The notes beneath the pieces were generated by a model. The model did not search any database and was not told where the DNA came from. It saw only the letters and a program-made list of their open reading frames with translations. A stretch of DNA of 64,000 nt from Candidatus Poribacteria bacterium (lineage in GTDB: Bacteria > Poribacteria > WGA-4E > UBA9662): the NCBI GenBank assembly GCA_036339735.1, contig JAYZAL010000006.1, positions 1 through 64,000 of the forward strand, in the 5' to 3' direction. How positions within the stretch are numbered: the stretch's first letter is position 1; the number at the start of each line of letters is the position of its first letter. This document shows, one piece after another, positions 29,746-38,237 of the stretch. The position numbers and the translations under genes are program-made.

Positions 29746-30831
29746 ATGCTACATCGACCTCCAAATATCTTTACCCGGTCACTTTTTCCACTCTTTGCTC
29801 TGCTGTTCGCAATCGGTTCACTGATGAGCTGTTCTGACTCATCTACAAAGAAGAATGATCAAGTAAACGAAAAATCAGATCTGCCACAAACTGCAATAAA
29901 AGCTGGGAAATATATTATTCTTGATACAAGAACTGATCAAGGCGATCGAGCCACAGCCAAGAAAAATGCTGAAAATACCCTTAAGAAATATCCTAGTCTC
30001 GATGCTATGGTCGGTCTTTGGGCTTATAATGTTCCCCAATGCCTAGAAGCACTAAAAGACGTGGGAAAAGAGGGGAAAGTCAAATTGATCTCCTTTGACG
30101 AAGATGAACTTACCCTCCAAGGTATCAAGGACGGACATATTGTAGGTACTGTAGTACAGCAACCATACGAGTTTGGTTACCAATCAGTAAAATATTTAAA
30201 AGCATTAGTAGAAAATCAAACTTTCGATATACCTGAAAATAAACAGCTCGATATTCCAACCAAGGTGATAACGCAAGAAAATGTGGATGATTTCTGGTCT
30301 AATCTAAAATCTTTGCAAAAATTAGGACAACAGGCTAATAATTCACCACGGCCTACTGAAGGACATTATTTTGCCTTTGTGGTTAATCTACCGGACCCTT
30401 TTTGGAGTTATGCACGAGCGGGTTGTTACAAGGCTGAACAAGATTTCAATCTTGTTTGTGATTTCAAAATTCCACATGATGGTTCATCTACTGAACAAAA
30501 CAGGATATTAGAAACCTTAATTCAGAAAGAAGGTTTAGCTGGTATTGCAGTGAGTCCACTCGACCCAAAGAACCAAACAGAAATTTTGAACAAAGTGGCT
30601 GAAAAAGTAAAGCTAATTTGTCACGACAGTGATGCACCTGAGAGCAATCGTTTATTTTACTTAGGAACAAATAATTATTTGGGGGGGCGTCAAGTAGGTA
30701 AACTAATAAAAGAGGCTTTGCCAGACGGCGGCCAAATTATGATTTTTGTCGGCAAAATGGATGTCCTGAATGCTCAACAACGTCGCCAAGGCCTGATCGA
30801 CGAATTGATGGATAAGCCGCTCTCTGGATAA
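29746..30831 (+). CDS. Sugar ABC transporter substrate-binding lipoprotein (RbsB-like), circularly permuted
   Basis: Lipobox LMSC; SFDED...VVQQPYEFGY segment precedes PFW...GIAVSP...HDSD...GTNNYLGG segment. Confidence 0.85.
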   Translation: MLHRPPNIFTRSLFPLFALLFAIGSLMSCSDSSTKKNDQVNEKSDLPQTAIKAGKYIILDTRTDQGDRATAKKNAENTLKKYPSLDAMVGLWAYNVPQCLEALKDVGKEGKVKLISFDEDELTLQGIKDGHIVGTVVQQPYEFGYQSVKYLKALVENQTFDIPENKQLDIPTKVITQENVDDFWSNLKSLQKLGQQANNSPRPTEGHYFAFVVNLPDPFWSYARAGCYKAEQDFNLVCDFKIPHDGSSTEQNRILETLIQKEGLAGIAVSPLDPKNQTEILNKVAEKVKLICHDSDAPESNRLFYLGTNNYLGGRQVGKLIKEALPDGGQIMIFVGKMDVLNAQQRRQGLIDELMDKPLSG

Positions 30832-30906
30832 TTAGCATCATACTTACCTAGATATTTATACAGTTAAAATCAATATCACTTCCAGTTCTAAGAGATTATA
30901 TCTCAA

Positions 30907-30955
30907 TTAGTTCTGAGAAAAAGTTGAAAATAGAAAAACCGATTCTCAGAACTAA
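30907..30955. repeat. 13-bp perfect inverted repeat (intergenic stem-loop)
   Basis: TTAGTTCTGAGAA ... TTCTCAGAACTAA with a 23-nt loop. Confidence 0.7.
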
Positions 30956-31030
30956 GAACTTCTATCCCGATGAATTTGCATTCTATATTGTTGCGTTTCC
31001 CGGCTTCGGTCTTTGGAGTTCCTAGTATAG

Positions 31031-32530
31031 ATGATTAAATCAACTCTGGCAGCCCAAAATATACATAAGCACTTTCCTGGTGTTCACGCAGTAAATGACG
31101 TATCGGCGACATTTCAAACAGGACAGGTTGTGGCCGTAATCGGAGAAAATGGAGCGGGTAAAAGTACTCTAATGCGAATCATAGCTGGTGTTTACCAACC
31201 GGATTCGGGGGAAATCTTGGTCGATGAAAAACCCGTCGTAATTTCTTCAGTTTCTGAGGCCACAGAGTTGGGGATTTCGTTTATTCATCAAGAACTCAAT
31301 CTAGCCGATAATCTTAGTATTGCCGCCAATCTCTTTCTTGGACGGGAAGCCAAACGTTTTCAACCATTTAACTGGATTGATTCAGCCGCTATTGATCGCC
31401 AATCCGAAACTATTTTATCCCGTTTATCCTTAGACTTATCTCCACACCAATTGGTTCGAACCTTATCAATTGGTCAACAACAAATGATTGAAATTGGGAA
31501 ATCGCTTTCTCAGTCAGCTCGGTTAATTATCATGGACGAGCCTACGAGTAGTTTAACTAAACATGAAACACAGCGATTGTTTGATCTAATCAGAGAATTA
31601 AAAGAACAGGATGTTGGTATTGTTTATATTTCACATCGACTGATGGAAGTTAGCGAGATTGCGGATCGTGTAATTGTATTGAAGGATGGTCAAAATAGTG
31701 GAGAATTAATCAAGCCTAAAATCGAACATCACCGAATGGTATCTCTAATGGTTGGGCGCGAATCTACTCAGTTTTACCAATTAGAAACTCGGTCGATTGG
31801 TGAAGATCGTTTTCGGGCAGAAGATCTTGTCGTTCCAAAACTTAATGGAGATCCAATTAATTTTTCACTGAAAGCTGGTGAAGTTGTTGGGATGGCAGGC
31901 CTAGTGGGTGCTGGTCGAACTGAATTAGCGGAATCGATCTTCGGCATAAGACAACCGATCAGTGGTTTGATACATGTTGATCAACAATCCATAAAAACAG
32001 GATCGCCAGCCGAGGCAATTAATGCAGGAATTTTCTTAGTGCCTGAAGACCGACGATTACATGGTTTAATAACAGAATTTTCAGTTCGTGACAATATTAC
32101 TCTACCGGGTATTAATCATTACCAAACTGCCAAATTTATCCAAGGAGAAAAAACGGAGCTGATATCAAAACAAGTAGTCAATGAACTTCGCATTAAGACT
32201 CCTAGTATTGAACAAGCTGCTAGTCTATTGTCTGGTGGCAACCAACAGAAGATTGTTTTAGGAAAATGGATGTCGCTAAAACCCAAAGTTCTTTTGTTAG
32301 ATGAACCAACAAGAGGCGTAGACGTGATGTCGAAGGGAGAAATTTATCAACTAATCGATGACATGGCTAAAATGGGTATTGCTATTTTAGCTATATCAAG
32401 CGATCTAGAAGAGATTTTACGAATTTCGGACCGTGTTTTGGTTATGCATAAAGGAAACTTAGCCGGCCAATTGGATCGAACTCAAGTCAGCGAAGAGGCC
32501 ATAATGAAACTTGCTACTGGAACTACGTAA
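31031..32530 (+). CDS. Sugar ABC transporter ATP-binding protein (RbsA/MglA type)
   Basis: GENGAGKST, LSIGQQQ, MDEPT, ISH, GLVGAGRTE, LSGGNQQK, LDEPTRGVD. Confidence 0.95.
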   Translation: MIKSTLAAQNIHKHFPGVHAVNDVSATFQTGQVVAVIGENGAGKSTLMRIIAGVYQPDSGEILVDEKPVVISSVSEATELGISFIHQELNLADNLSIAANLFLGREAKRFQPFNWIDSAAIDRQSETILSRLSLDLSPHQLVRTLSIGQQQMIEIGKSLSQSARLIIMDEPTSSLTKHETQRLFDLIRELKEQDVGIVYISHRLMEVSEIADRVIVLKDGQNSGELIKPKIEHHRMVSLMVGRESTQFYQLETRSIGEDRFRAEDLVVPKLNGDPINFSLKAGEVVGMAGLVGAGRTELAESIFGIRQPISGLIHVDQQSIKTGSPAEAINAGIFLVPEDRRLHGLITEFSVRDNITLPGINHYQTAKFIQGEKTELISKQVVNELRIKTPSIEQAASLLSGGNQQKIVLGKWMSLKPKVLLLDEPTRGVDVMSKGEIYQLIDDMAKMGIAILAISSDLEEILRISDRVLVMHKGNLAGQLDRTQVSEEAIMKLATGTT

Positions 32531-32681
32531 CTAAAAATTTATCTCATATGTAATCAAATTTTGAGTGAGTGATGTTTTATTTTCGAAAAATAAAACTAGC
32601 TAAAACCAGAGGTTATTGATCTCTGTCGTGCTAATGACCTTTTTACATTTTTCGACATTGGTAAAAAATCTTCTGAACTAA

Positions 32682-32940
32682 TTACAGTTGCTTAATATCA
32701 AGCCAAGAGTGGTCAGATTATTCTCAGGTTCAACAGCAGTAGAGAGTTCAATTAATTGGCAATAAATTCAAATCCGCTAATACCAAGAGAATCGGGTTGA
32801 ACACCCCATATAGGTTTGATGACCTACCATATATTGGTAATAATACTTTTTCAGTTTTTACCCAATTTTTTAATACTACCTGCAGTTTTCCTATCAGCTT
32901 GTACTAAGATAATTAGGTCCTCATCTAAAATATTTAAACG
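32682..32940 (-). pseudogene. Degraded remnant of a secreted protein carrying the C-terminal motif
   Basis: Minus strand reads E L S T A V E P E N N L T T [1-nt frameshift] W L D I K Q L stop (TAA 32682-32684); upstream frames are broken and have no start. Confidence 0.6.
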
Positions 32941-33109
32941 ATTTTATTACCAAGGTTAATCAGGTTTGAAAGGCTTCAAAGATAAAATATAGTACTGATG
33001 GGTTTCGGTTGATTTCATATATCCTTTTTTAGACCGAAACTGAGCGCTCGAAGAGCAGGAACTTACCAGTCATTAGCTAGACATTCATTTTTTTATTGCA
33101 ATTTCCGAG

Positions 33110-33197
33110 GGAGAAATATAGTTTTCGGGGAGCACAAAACAATGTCAGTTTTCTGCAGCTTGGTTGTTGCCGAATTTTATTCGTTTTGTGATATAAT
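33110..33197 (+). promoter_or_regulatory. Promoter-containing element, copy 1 (similar to 34125-34208)
   Basis: GGAGAAATATAGT...AGCACAAAACAATGTCAGTTT...CTTGGTTGTTGCCGAATTTTATTCGTTTTGTGATATAAT; extended -10 TGnTATAAT. Confidence 0.65.
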
Positions 33198-33243
33198 AAG
33201 AAGATTAGATTAGATATTCAAATAACATATCCTAGGGAGAGAT

Positions 33244-33990
33244 TTGATGATTCGAAAGCTATTTGTTTTTAGCCTTCTGGCTAGCTTGATCGTCCCAGTC
33301 AGTTATGGAAAATTACTGATGTTCGATGATTTTGATGGAAAACTGAAAAAGAAATTTTGGATTGGGCAAAAGGAAACTTGGAAAACTAAAAATGGGGTAC
33401 TAGAAATTAACCAGCCGGGAGACGATGGTAATTGTCCCTGTGACTTTGGGTATGGTGTGATTGAAGTCGAAAACTTTGGTCTGCAATTTGATTTCAAATT
33501 ATTTCAGGACGATTTTGATGCTGGAAGTGGAATGGACCTATTATTTCGCGCAAATGGGGACAAAAAATATAAATTCTATCAGCTTATTGTCACCCCCGCA
33601 GATGGAGTAGGAAGACCCAACCATGTTCGTTGGTATGTCCGTGATGGAGAAGACCGTGGAACTTGGAAGGAATATCGCGAATTACGAAAGGAATTCCCGA
33701 TCGAAGTTATCTCTAAGCAGTGGTACACGCTATCATTGCAAGGTAAAGGGAATAAATTTACCCTCTATATCAAGAACAAGGAGGATTTACCGTCAACCAA
33801 AGTAATGGAATGGACAGATACCAAAAGCCTTCATCCCAAGGGGGTTATTGGCTTTCATACTAACAACTTACATCACTACCAAATTGATAATATGCGTCTG
33901 TTCGATTCACCTAATGAAGTTAATTTGGCTGTATCAGCCAAATCGAAACAGACTACTGCTTGGGCTGAGTTAAAGCAAGCAGATCGATAA
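33244..33990 (+). CDS. Secreted DUF1080/ConA-like beta-sandwich protein with C-terminal motif
   Basis: Signal peptide; FDDFDG, WKTKNGVL, ENFGLQFDFK, WYTL, GVIGF...IDNMRL; ends LAVSAKSKQTTAWAELKQADR. Confidence 0.8.
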   Translation: MMIRKLFVFSLLASLIVPVSYGKLLMFDDFDGKLKKKFWIGQKETWKTKNGVLEINQPGDDGNCPCDFGYGVIEVENFGLQFDFKLFQDDFDAGSGMDLLFRANGDKKYKFYQLIVTPADGVGRPNHVRWYVRDGEDRGTWKEYRELRKEFPIEVISKQWYTLSLQGKGNKFTLYIKNKEDLPSTKVMEWTDTKSLHPKGVIGFHTNNLHHYQIDNMRLFDSPNEVNLAVSAKSKQTTAWAELKQADR

Positions 33991-34124
33991 AATAATTTTC
34001 AATAATTGTATAATCTGGATAGAAAGGGAAAGAGCAAAAAATCCTAAAATTTTGTTATTAATAACGGATTTAACTTAACAAAAGTCGAATGTTCAGCTCA
34101 GCGTAGTCGGATAATGATATACGT

Positions 34125-34208
34125 GGAGAATATAGTCGTCAGAAGCAAAAAACAGTGTTAGTTTGTTGCTTCTTGGTTGTTGCTAAATTTTATCCGTTGT
34201 GATACAAT
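34125..34208 (+). promoter_or_regulatory. Promoter-containing element, copy 2
   Basis: GGAGAATATAGT...AGCAAAAAACAGTGTTAGTTT...CTTGGTTGTTGCTAAATTTTATCCGTTGTGATACAAT; TTGCTA-17-TACAAT. Confidence 0.65.
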
Positions 34209-34408
34209 CGGGGGCGCTTGGTATTGTGATACAATATTCTTCAAGTGCAGTGCAGTTGAGAACTAGAGTTCTAGAATATTCAAGCATAGGTAGCTACTAC
34301 CTGTTGCGTATTTTAGTTCTTTTCAGAGTCGAATTAAAAAGGCAGCAGATTGTTTGTAAGAGTAGGGTATAAACTCGAGATAGAAAAAGGAGTGTAAAAA
34401 AACAAGAT

Positions 34409-35278
34409 ATGAGAAAATTAGTATTATTGTCCCTTTTATGTTTGTTAGCACTGCCGGTTTTGTCATTGGCTAATGATCTAGCTCATTATTCGGGGCCTAC
34501 CAACCCTGGTTGGATTGCTGGTGGTGCCGTGGCGGCTAATGTGAAAGCAATTGATGGTTTCCAGGGTGTCAAAGCAATGTTTAATAGTATTGAAAACTTT
34601 GGTGATGGAGATGAAGAGGGTGATGGATCACCGTTGGCTAAGTGGCTTATAGAACACACTAATAATGGTCAACAAGACGTAGTTATCACTGACAGTGGAA
34701 CTTGTCCCAGTGCTTTTTATCCCTTTCCAAATAAGAAACCCGATGGTTCAAATATAGAAAACTTCATTGAGGCTGGAAACGTTCACATCAACGTAGCTGA
34801 CTGGATCTACTATATGAGTTATGAGGGAGGTGTTCGTAGCCCCAACAATGGACCTAGCGGAGCCGCTAACGTATTTGACATTAAAGGTCTCAGCTTTGGG
34901 TCCCGCTCAGGTAATATCAAGCCAAATGCTAATGGGAAAAAATACATTCCCTCAATGAAGGCGTTTAAGTCAGACCGACCATGGCATACTGAGCAATTCA
35001 AAGGTTCAGATTGGGACTTGGTTCTGTTTGGTGAAGATGGTGATGATGCTGACCCAGCTGTTGCAATTATGAAAAAAGCCGGAAAAGACGGTAATGGAAT
35101 GATTGCCGCCATGTGGCAAGCCGCCAAGCCAAAATGGCCCGATAAGCCAGATATTCGTGGTATTGGTGTGGGTGAATTCATGGTTAATTGGTTACAAGAA
35201 AATGGTACTTTTAACGTAGATGCCAAGCATAAAATGACCACGACTTGGGCGAGAGTCAAATCATCTAACGTCAACTAA
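34409..35278 (+). CDS. Secreted hypothetical protein with C-terminal motif
   Basis: AAGGAG SD; signal peptide MRKLVLLSLLCLLALPVLSLA; ends FNVDAKHKMTTTWARVKSSNVN. Confidence 0.8.
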   Translation: MRKLVLLSLLCLLALPVLSLANDLAHYSGPTNPGWIAGGAVAANVKAIDGFQGVKAMFNSIENFGDGDEEGDGSPLAKWLIEHTNNGQQDVVITDSGTCPSAFYPFPNKKPDGSNIENFIEAGNVHINVADWIYYMSYEGGVRSPNNGPSGAANVFDIKGLSFGSRSGNIKPNANGKKYIPSMKAFKSDRPWHTEQFKGSDWDLVLFGEDGDDADPAVAIMKKAGKDGNGMIAAMWQAAKPKWPDKPDIRGIGVGEFMVNWLQENGTFNVDAKHKMTTTWARVKSSNVN

Positions 35279-35301
35279 TATTCTTTTAAATCAGATTTAA
35301 T

Positions 35302-35335
35302 AAAAAGGCCGTAACATTTTGTTGCGGCCTTTTTT
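35302..35335 (+). terminator. Intrinsic terminator (possibly bidirectional)
   Basis: AAAAAGGCCGTAACA-TTT-TGTTGCGGCCTTTTT. Confidence 0.85.
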
Positions 35336-35519
35336 GTATTCTTTGAATAGAGGCATGAGGTATCAGTATAATTCAGAATGGTCCGACATATGTCAAAGAA
35401 CCATACATACAATATTTAAATATGTAATGCCTAAACTTCGTAAAGATAAAGGACAAACTAGGTTCGCTGATTTTAATACTAACCTGGTTTTTTCATGTCC
35501 TTCTTTCCTTTACGTGTAT

Positions 35520-36368
35520 CTACCCCCGCTTTTCCCATTCAGATTTCATAAACTTGAGAGCGTCTTTAGCCAATTGTTCTTCACTTTCGTACATACGTCT
35601 CCAGATTTTGGTAGCTGCGACTAGTTCTGGTAATGCTAGACCAAAAGCCTCAACAACCATCCAACCATCGTAACCAGTTTCCTTCAAAGTATTAAAGGTT
35701 TCATCCCATTGAACTAATCCATTTCCAGGCGTACTTCGGTCATTTTCCGAGATGTGGACGTGTACTGTTTGTTGTTGGCAAGCACGAATAGCTTCGGCGA
35801 CACTCTTTTCTTCGATATTAGCATGGAAAGTATCATACATCATACGACAATTCGGGTGATTGACTGCGTCGATGAAGTTGGCTGCATCAACGGCTGAAGT
35901 CAGGAAATAACATTCAAATCGGTTAAGGTATTCAACGGCCAGAGTTACATCACAAACCTGAGCATGCTCAGCTACCAATTGCATACTCTCAATTCCCCAG
36001 GCTTTTTCTTCGTCAGTTGGACCTGTACCACTGAATTCACCGAGTGCTGAATGGTAAGGGCCACAAAGAAAAGTTGCACCCAGAGCTTGGCAACAGTCTA
36101 GTGCTTGTTTAGTTAAGGCAACTCCATTAGCTCGAATGGAAGCAGAAGGGCTAATGGGGTTATCTTCCGCATTACGAACGGTCACTGCTGTTCGTTCAAG
36201 GCCAACTTCGTCCAGCTGTTTGCCTAATTTTGCACAATGATCAACATCATACTCAAACAAAGGAACTTCCACACCATCGTAACCCATAGTTTTCAAATTC
36301 TCGAGAATGGGGTAGTGCTCCTCCCCGATATTGCCACTCCAAAGCAATAAATTCATACCAAATTTCAT
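35520..36368 (-). CDS. Sugar isomerase/epimerase, D-psicose/D-tagatose 3-epimerase family
   Basis: GYDGVE, EYLNRFE, YDTFHANIEE, HVHISENDRSTPG, VEAF. Confidence 0.85.
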   Translation of the reverse strand: MKFGMNLLLWSGNIGEEHYPILENLKTMGYDGVEVPLFEYDVDHCAKLGKQLDEVGLERTAVTVRNAEDNPISPSASIRANGVALTKQALDCCQALGATFLCGPYHSALGEFSGTGPTDEEKAWGIESMQLVAEHAQVCDVTLAVEYLNRFECYFLTSAVDAANFIDAVNHPNCRMMYDTFHANIEEKSVAEAIRACQQQTVHVHISENDRSTPGNGLVQWDETFNTLKETGYDGWMVVEAFGLALPELVAATKIWRRMYESEEQLAKDALKFMKSEWEKRG

Positions 36369-36397
36369 AGTATTAACTCCTTTAGTTTAGATTAAAT

Positions 36398-37729
36398 TTA
36401 TACTTTTCTGAGTCGGACGGCAAAGCTACCATCCATATCATGCAGATGTGGAAATGTTTGCCAATATCCTTCACTTGTTTGCATTGTTGGGTTTTTATCT
36501 GGTAAATAACTACTAATTGCTTCAACAGAAAAGTTTGGGTACTGTTTTTTAAATCGCTGAATCACTTGCTGGTTTTCTTCGATTTCGGTTGTGCACGTAC
36601 TGTAAATGATAATGGTATCTGAACGGATTTGATTTGCAACATTAGATAATATTTGGAATTGTAAATCTGCTAAATCGCTGATCTGGCTACGGTTCTTTTT
36701 CCATCGGATGTCAGGGTGACGACGTAAAGTACCAAATCCTGAACAAGGAGCATCAACAAGAACAATGTTAGCTTTCGAGAGTGGCCGAATCGCAGGGTCT
36801 AAAGCAGATGCTACTATGGTTTCGACATTTGTGATACCTAAACGCTGACAATTTTGTTCAACGAGTTTTATCTTTTGGTCTGTTATATCCATAGCGATAA
36901 TAGAACCATCGTTTTCCATTAATTGAGCTAAGTGAGTCGTTTTTCCACCAGGTGCAGCACAAACATCAACAACCAATTTAGAGGATCCCTTTGTAATACC
37001 CGCCAGATGAGCAATTATCTGGGCGGCTTCATCTTGAACTTGACATAATCCCTCAGTATAAATATTGGATCGTACTAGGTCGCTAATACCTAGTAATTGT
37101 ATGCCTTCTGGACTTGTTGATGTTTCACGCGCGTCTATACCACCTTTCAGAAATCTTTCAACCAAATTACATCTATCAATTTTTAAGGTATTAGTCCTTA
37201 CAGTTAAGGGAGCTAAGCTATTACTAAACTGACAAAAATCAGTTGCCCATTCTAAACCGAATTCCTCGATCCAACGTTCCACCAGCCATTTAGGATAGGA
37301 CTGAGATAAGCTAAGCCATTCGATCGGCTCATCTACCTGGTCAGGAAATGATAGACTATTTCTATTCCGAGAAAGGTTCCGTAAAACGGCATTAACAAAA
37401 CGAGACGTTTTAATTTTGGGTTTAGCTAACTCAACTGTTTCGTAAATAATAGCATGAATCGGAATTCGGTTGAGATGTAAGAGTTGGTACGCACCAAGTC
37501 GTAAGATGTTTCGTAAACGAGGGGGTAAACGAAAACGATTAGGTATAAATGGATTAAGCACCCAATCTAGTTGCCCTTGCCAACGAATTGTACCGTAAAC
37601 CAACTGATGTAGAAGATTAAGATCAACAGGTCGAACCCGAGTCTCAGTATTTCGAATAACGTTGGAAATACGACTGTTGGGGTGCTGAAGTTTGTTTAAA
37701 CAGTTAAGAGCAGCTTTACGAACATTCAC
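36398..37729 (-). CDS. rsmB: 16S rRNA m5C967 methyltransferase
   Basis: NusB-like N-terminus, VQDEAAQ, DVCAAPGGKT, VDAPCSGFGTLRRHPD, YSTCT, DGSF. Confidence 0.9.
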   Translation of the reverse strand: MNVRKAALNCLNKLQHPNSRISNVIRNTETRVRPVDLNLLHQLVYGTIRWQGQLDWVLNPFIPNRFRLPPRLRNILRLGAYQLLHLNRIPIHAIIYETVELAKPKIKTSRFVNAVLRNLSRNRNSLSFPDQVDEPIEWLSLSQSYPKWLVERWIEEFGLEWATDFCQFSNSLAPLTVRTNTLKIDRCNLVERFLKGGIDARETSTSPEGIQLLGISDLVRSNIYTEGLCQVQDEAAQIIAHLAGITKGSSKLVVDVCAAPGGKTTHLAQLMENDGSIIAMDITDQKIKLVEQNCQRLGITNVETIVASALDPAIRPLSKANIVLVDAPCSGFGTLRRHPDIRWKKNRSQISDLADLQFQILSNVANQIRSDTIIIYSTCTTEIEENQQVIQRFKKQYPNFSVEAISSYLPDKNPTMQTSEGYWQTFPHLHDMDGSFAVRLRKV

Positions 37730-37789
37730 AAGATTTGAAATATCGAAAATCAGTAGTTATAATTTAGAACAGAGCAAAGTAAACCTTCA

Positions 37790-38146
37790 ATGAATCACTC
37801 ATTTTTCAACTTTCGTCCAGGTAGAAACTTGCGTATTTTGCGCTTCCTACTCAACATACCCAACTTTGTTAAGTTGGCTTGGCGACTGTTCAAAGATGCA
37901 CGAGTCCCTATCCATATTAAGGCCGTTTGGGTGTTAGCTGAAGTCGTGGCTTTTGCTTTTGCTATTGCTTACTTCATTCTTCCCATCGACTTCCTTCCTG
38001 ATTTCCATTTTTTAACAAGGTTCGATGATTTACTAATTGGTCTTTTCCTGATTTCTGCCCCTGGTACATGGCTGTTCGTGAGACTGTGTCCACGCCCAAT
38101 TGTTTTGGAGCACGTTAACCAGATTGCCGCCGACAAGCAAAGTTAA
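37790..38146 (+). CDS. DUF1232 (YkvA-like) membrane protein
   Basis: RLFKDARVP, YFILPIDFLPDF...FDD. Confidence 0.75.
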   Translation: MNHSFFNFRPGRNLRILRFLLNIPNFVKLAWRLFKDARVPIHIKAVWVLAEVVAFAFAIAYFILPIDFLPDFHFLTRFDDLLIGLFLISAPGTWLFVRLCPRPIVLEHVNQIAADKQS

Positions 38147-38237
38147 CAAAACTTCACTTTTATGAGACCGAAATGTCTAGATAGTCTTTATTGAATTGCA
38201 ATTAGTTGGCAAGAACCTTAGGTAGAGATTTGGAGGT

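Noticed and set aside
35319-35624. 101-aa plus-strand ORF
   Set aside because: It starts inside a terminator, overlaps the convergent epimerase gene and has no protein-like motifs
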